From the NCBI GenBank assembly GCA_026395965.1, contig JAPLXS010000012.1, positions 36,116-100,115 on the forward strand: a stretch of 64,000 nucleotides of DNA. The letters run 5' to 3'. Numbering within the stretch: the first letter of the stretch is position 1; the number at the start of each line of letters is the position of its first letter. A program made the position numbers and the translations under genes. The notes beneath the pieces were generated by a model that saw only the letters and a program-made list of their open reading frames with translations, was not told where the DNA came from and searched no databases. The DNA is from Candidatus Nomurabacteria bacterium. Lineage in GTDB: Bacteria; Patescibacteriota; Minisyncoccia; Phycocordibacterales; UBA9973. Shown piece after piece: positions 60,319 through 64,000 of this stretch.

Positions 60319-61095
60319 TTAAATTTGTTGAGGTATAGCCTCTGTAGTATTTTGCTTATTAATTTCTATATCTCCAAATGATGTATTTTGAATTACATCT
60401 ATTATTCCCTCTCTTACCAATTCTAACATAGCAAGAAATGAAATAATAACATGAACTTTTGCTTCTTCTTGATTTTCTGCTCCACTACCTTCTGTAAATT
60501 TTTTAAACGACAAATTTATAGCATTTTGTATTCTGTCTGTTAAACTATTTATTATCTCATCTATGTTTATTATCTTTCTAACTTCGATTTCTGGCAGTTT
60601 TTCAGTCTTTTTAGGTGTATGAGCCAATACTTCAGATATCGAGACAAATATACTATCTTGAGTTATTAGTGGGTCAGGAGAAAAAAGAGATTCGCTCCAG
60701 ATACGTTCATTGGGCATGAATATTATTTTAGTACCAAAATTATTACTTACCTCTATACTTGCTTCTTTAATTATTTTAAATAATTTAAGTCTAGCTTCTA
60801 AGTCTACTATTTTTTCTTCTTCGTCTTCTGTTAGAGATAAGTTTGGTAAAAGAGATTTTGATTTTATGAGTATAAGAGTTGCAGCTATTAGTATAAAGTA
60901 CGAGACATCTTCAATGTGTTTTTCTGTTGGTATATCAGAAAATGATTTTATGTAGTTTATATAATCATTTGTAACTTCTGCCAAAGATATTTCGTTTACG
61001 AAAAGTTTCCTAGTCTCTATAAGTGAAAGTAGCAATTCGAGCGGTCCCTCAAATGTACCTTGTTTTATTTGATATGGTGAATAAATATCAGGCAT
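60319..61095 (-). CDS. scpA: Segregation and condensation protein A
   Basis: FEGPLELLLSLIETRKL is the ScpA N-motif. Confidence 0.8.
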   Translation of the reverse strand: MPDIYSPYQIKQGTFEGPLELLLSLIETRKLFVNEISLAEVTNDYINYIKSFSDIPTEKHIEDVSYFILIAATLILIKSKSLLPNLSLTEDEEEKIVDLEARLKLFKIIKEASIEVSNNFGTKIIFMPNERIWSESLFSPDPLITQDSIFVSISEVLAHTPKKTEKLPEIEVRKIINIDEIINSLTDRIQNAINLSFKKFTEGSGAENQEEAKVHVIISFLAMLELVREGIIDVIQNTSFGDIEINKQNTTEAIPQQI

Positions 61096-61104
61096 TATTT
61101 ATGA

Positions 61105-62499
61105 TTAATTGTTTTTAATTATCTCAATACCTAATTCTTTTAATTGTTTGCTAGAAACTGTAGATGGTGCTCCCATCATTAGATCTTTGCCTTCTCCTGT
61201 TTTAGGGAAAGCCATAACTTCACGAATATTTGGTTCGTTTTCAAGAAGCATAACGATTCTATCTATTCCTTGTGCGCATCCTCCGTGTGGTGGCGCACCA
61301 TATTCAAATGCTTCTAACATATGCCCAAAACGAGCCTCGATATCTTCTTGTTTTAGTCCAAGTAATTCAAATATTTTATTTTGTAATTCGCGTTGGTGGA
61401 TTCTTATAGAACCTCCTCCCAACTCATAACCATTGAGAACTATGTCATATGCATTGGCTAATGCTTTCAGTGGGTCAGTATTTAATAAATCCTCATCTCC
61501 TGCTTTGGGTGAAGTAAATGGATGGTGAACAGCTTGAATTCCACCTTCTTTATCTTTTTCAAACATAGGAAAATCTACAATCCAACAAAAGGCTAGCAAG
61601 TTTTGGTCGTTTTTATCTGTGCGTAGATCTGGTTTATCGTTGCCGTATTTTTCCATCGATTCAGCATATGTTAAACGAGGGAATGGTATTTCTTGTATTT
61701 TTTTATTTGGGTAAATTTTTTGTACCATTTTTATAAACATATCTTCTGTATAGTTTATAATTTCTTCTTGATTAGTAAATGAAATCTCGTAGTCTAGTTG
61801 AGTAAATTCTGGCTGACGGTCACCACGAGTATCTTCATCTCTCATACATTTTGCAACTTGGAAATATTTTTCAAAACCAGCAACCATACAAAGCTGTTTA
61901 AATTGTTGAGGTGATTGTGGTAGTACATAAAAATTACCTGGCTCAGTTCTTGATGGTACTAAATACTCACGAGAACCTTCTGGAGTTCCCTTTGTCATTA
62001 TAGGAGTTTCGATTTCAATAAAATCATTGTTATGCATATGATCACGAAAGAATGAAATAATTTTATCTCTCATTCGTATATTTTTCTGCATTCTTTCTGT
62101 ACGAAGATCTAGGTATTTATATTTCATTCGAAGGTCTTCGTTGATACCTATTGTATTTTCATTTACTGAAAATGGTGTAGTTTTTGATTTATTTAATATC
62201 TCAATTGCAGTAATTTCTAACTCAATATCACCATTTAGTACTCCTTCTTTTATGTTTCTTTCTGGGCGTTTGTTTACTATACCTGTAACTTTAAGAACCC
62301 ATTCAGTTCTAACTTCTTTTACAGCTTCTATGGCTTCAGTATGGTTTGGTAAAACAACACACTGAGTTATGCCTGTCATATCTCGCATGTCCATAAAAAC
62401 AAGCTTTCCTTGGTCTCGACGTATGTCTACCCAGCCTGCTATTACAACCTCTTCTCCTATAAAATTATTTAAATCCTTTATGTATTTTCTATCAGTCAT
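61105..62499 (-). CDS. aspS: Aspartate--tRNA ligase, compact archaeal/eukaryal-like type (likely non-discriminating given gatB)
   Basis: Class II motifs FYVLPQSPQQFKQLCMVAGFEKYFQVAKCMRDED and GGCAQGIDRIVMLL..IREVMAFPK; 464 aa. Confidence 0.8.
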   Translation of the reverse strand: MTDRKYIKDLNNFIGEEVVIAGWVDIRRDQGKLVFMDMRDMTGITQCVVLPNHTEAIEAVKEVRTEWVLKVTGIVNKRPERNIKEGVLNGDIELEITAIEILNKSKTTPFSVNENTIGINEDLRMKYKYLDLRTERMQKNIRMRDKIISFFRDHMHNNDFIEIETPIMTKGTPEGSREYLVPSRTEPGNFYVLPQSPQQFKQLCMVAGFEKYFQVAKCMRDEDTRGDRQPEFTQLDYEISFTNQEEIINYTEDMFIKMVQKIYPNKKIQEIPFPRLTYAESMEKYGNDKPDLRTDKNDQNLLAFCWIVDFPMFEKDKEGGIQAVHHPFTSPKAGDEDLLNTDPLKALANAYDIVLNGYELGGGSIRIHQRELQNKIFELLGLKQEDIEARFGHMLEAFEYGAPPHGGCAQGIDRIVMLLENEPNIREVMAFPKTGEGKDLMMGAPSTVSSKQLKELGIEIIKNN

Positions 62500-62521
62500 A
62501 TTTTGATTAAAATGTTAAATA

Positions 62522-62734
62522 TTAATGTGCCAATCTTGCTAATATATCGCACGGATAACTAAACACAGATGTAAGTACAAACAAAATCCAATAAAATGGT
62601 GCGAATGCAAAATACATAACTTTATCTTTTTTCCACATAGGTAAATACCATTTTTGGACTTTCATAAAAATTATATTTAAAGGGATAGCAATCAAGTTTA
62701 AAATCAAAAGAAGTAGTGCAGCAATATATTTCAT
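62522..62734 (-). CDS. Small membrane protein
   Basis: Hydrophobic ORF. The start was set at the internal Met so it does not overlap the trpS stop; the track ORF extends to 62791. Confidence 0.3.
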   Translation of the reverse strand: MKYIAALLLLILNLIAIPLNIIFMKVQKWYLPMWKKDKVMYFAFAPFYWILFVLTSVFSYPCDILARLAH

Positions 62735-62738
62735 AAAT

Positions 62739-63710
62739 TTAAATATTCGTTCCGATATTATCTCTAATAATTTTAATCTTTGATTCAGCAATAATTTTAG
62801 CTTTTTTTGCTCCTTCTTTTAATATCAATCTAACTTTGTCGAGATCTTTCTCATATAACTCTCTTTTATTTCTCATTGGTGTTATAAAATCAATAATTTC
62901 TTTGTATAACATATCTTTTGATTCTTTGTAACCAAGACCACCCTTGATGTATCTATCACGAAGTAAATTTAACTCATTTTCGTTTAAAAAAAGTTTATGT
63001 AATGCGAAAATATTACAAACATCGGGGTTTTTGGACTCTTCAGGTAATTTTGAATCTGTAACTATTTTCATTACGCATTTTTTTATTTCTTCATCTGTAC
63101 CAAATAGCGGAATAGTATTTTTGTAACTTTTACTCATTTTTCTTCCGTCTACACCTGGTACTATTGAAACTTCTTTCAGAATAAGTGGCTCTGGTAATTT
63201 AAAAGTATCGCCATATATGTTATTAAATTTTAGAGCAATATCTCGTGCGTATTCTACATGTTGTTTTTGATCTGCTCCAACTGGAACTATATCTGCATCT
63301 TGAATCAATATATCTGCGGCCATAAGTATAGGATAATCAAATAATCCAACAGTTACTTCTTTGGCTTTCATATGAGCATCTTTGTATGAAGTAGCTCTCT
63401 CTAAAAATGGCATAGTTGTAATACAGTTAAAATACCATGCGAGTTCAGTTACTTCTGGTACATCTGATTGTTTAAATAAACAGACTTTATTTGGATTGAG
63501 TCCACAAGCAAGGTAATCAAGAGCAACATTTAAAATATTTGCAGACAATTCTTCCTTGTTTTGTATAGTTGTAATAGCATGTAAATCAGCGATAAATATA
63601 GTTGAATCATAATTATCTTGCATATCAACAAATTGCTTGATAGCCCCGAAATAGTTGCCTATATGAATAGTTCCAGACGGTTGTATTCCTGATAATAATC
63701 TTTTGTTCAT
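62739..63710 (-). CDS. trpS: Tryptophan--tRNA ligase
   Basis: SGIQPSGTIHIGNYFGA (HIGH) and KMSKS. Confidence 0.9.
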   Translation of the reverse strand: MNKRLLSGIQPSGTIHIGNYFGAIKQFVDMQDNYDSTIFIADLHAITTIQNKEELSANILNVALDYLACGLNPNKVCLFKQSDVPEVTELAWYFNCITTMPFLERATSYKDAHMKAKEVTVGLFDYPILMAADILIQDADIVPVGADQKQHVEYARDIALKFNNIYGDTFKLPEPLILKEVSIVPGVDGRKMSKSYKNTIPLFGTDEEIKKCVMKIVTDSKLPEESKNPDVCNIFALHKLFLNENELNLLRDRYIKGGLGYKESKDMLYKEIIDFITPMRNKRELYEKDLDKVRLILKEGAKKAKIIAESKIKIIRDNIGTNI

Positions 63711-63804
63711 ATTGTATATAGTATCAAAAAACTAATAGTTTTGCACATTTTACACACACATTTGTTAGATAAATCAAGTTTTTATAATCTATAATTGGTG
63801 CTAC

Positions 63805-64000
63805 AATACTTTTTATGACAGATAAAAAAACAAAACTTAGAATTCCACCACAAAATATTGATGCTGAAAAAGCAATATTGGGATCTATAATGCTTAGACC
63901 AGGTGCCATACATGAAATCAATGACATTATAAGCATGGAGACATTTTATGCTTCAAAACATGCACAAATATACAAAATCATGTTGGAGCTTTCTAGTAAA
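63805..64000 (+). CDS. dnaB: Replicative DNA helicase DnaB, N-terminal fragment (runs off the window)
   Basis: MTDKKTKLRIPPQNIDAEKAILGSIMLRPGAIHEINDII is the DnaB N-terminal signature. It is absent from the ORF track because no stop lies in the window. Confidence 0.7.

Noticed and set aside
63724-63936. 70-aa minus-strand ORF
   Set aside because: It overlaps the clear DnaB N-terminus on the plus strand and has a hydrophobic low-complexity translation.

Overview
This 64 kb window is AT-rich (roughly 30% GC by eye), gene-dense, uses the standard genetic code, and has short intergenic regions with many strong hairpin terminators. Miniaturised and fused enzymes suggest a reduced-genome bacterium, possibly Patescibacteria/CPR-like (inference). 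Most of it is conserved core. It carries a complete F0F1 ATP synthase operon (atpI-like/B/E/F/H/A/G/D/C, minus strand). It also carries sugar-phosphate metabolism genes: a Zwf-Gnd fusion, a SIS isomerase, class II Fba, a PfkB kinase, split transketolase, Rpe, RpiB, GapA, and a miniature pyruvate kinase. Translation genes are GatB, GluRS, AspRS, TrpRS, RF1, and ribosomal proteins L9, L27, L31 and L25. A division/cell-wall cluster holds MraY-FtsW-MurG plus ScpA/ScpB. Also present are MsrB-MsrA, RsmI, CtpA, an M23 peptidase, MltG, a type IV pilin, and a partial dnaB at the 3' edge. Three tRNAs were found by eye: Glu-CUC(-), Ile-GAU(-) and Leu-UAA(+). An accessory stretch (~8.1-18.5 kb) holds paralogous small membrane proteins and a 597-aa membrane-anchored hypothetical. 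It also holds a SOUL heme-binding protein, a DpnI-family methyl-directed restriction endonuclease with two tiny upstream ORFs, and an intracellular trypsin-like protease next to a possible HEPN-motif protein. The most unusual signal is an apparently undescribed family of structured, non-coding repeat elements immediately 3' of tRNA genes. One intact copy lies after tRNA-Glu, a second degenerate copy sits 800 bp away, and one lies after tRNA-Leu followed by tandem degenerate repeats. Each contains an inverted, hairpin-interrupted imitation of that tRNA's own T-arm and acceptor 3' strand plus a conserved ~60-nt core showing stem covariation. Other non-coding signals are a GC-rich ~143-nt highly structured element upstream of prfA and two ~85-nt near-identical palindromic elements inside the atp operon. 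tRNA-Ile is flanked by partial copies of its own halves, and a 17-bp perfect inverted repeat sits in a divergent promoter region. No CRISPR array, rRNA, transposase or integrase was seen.
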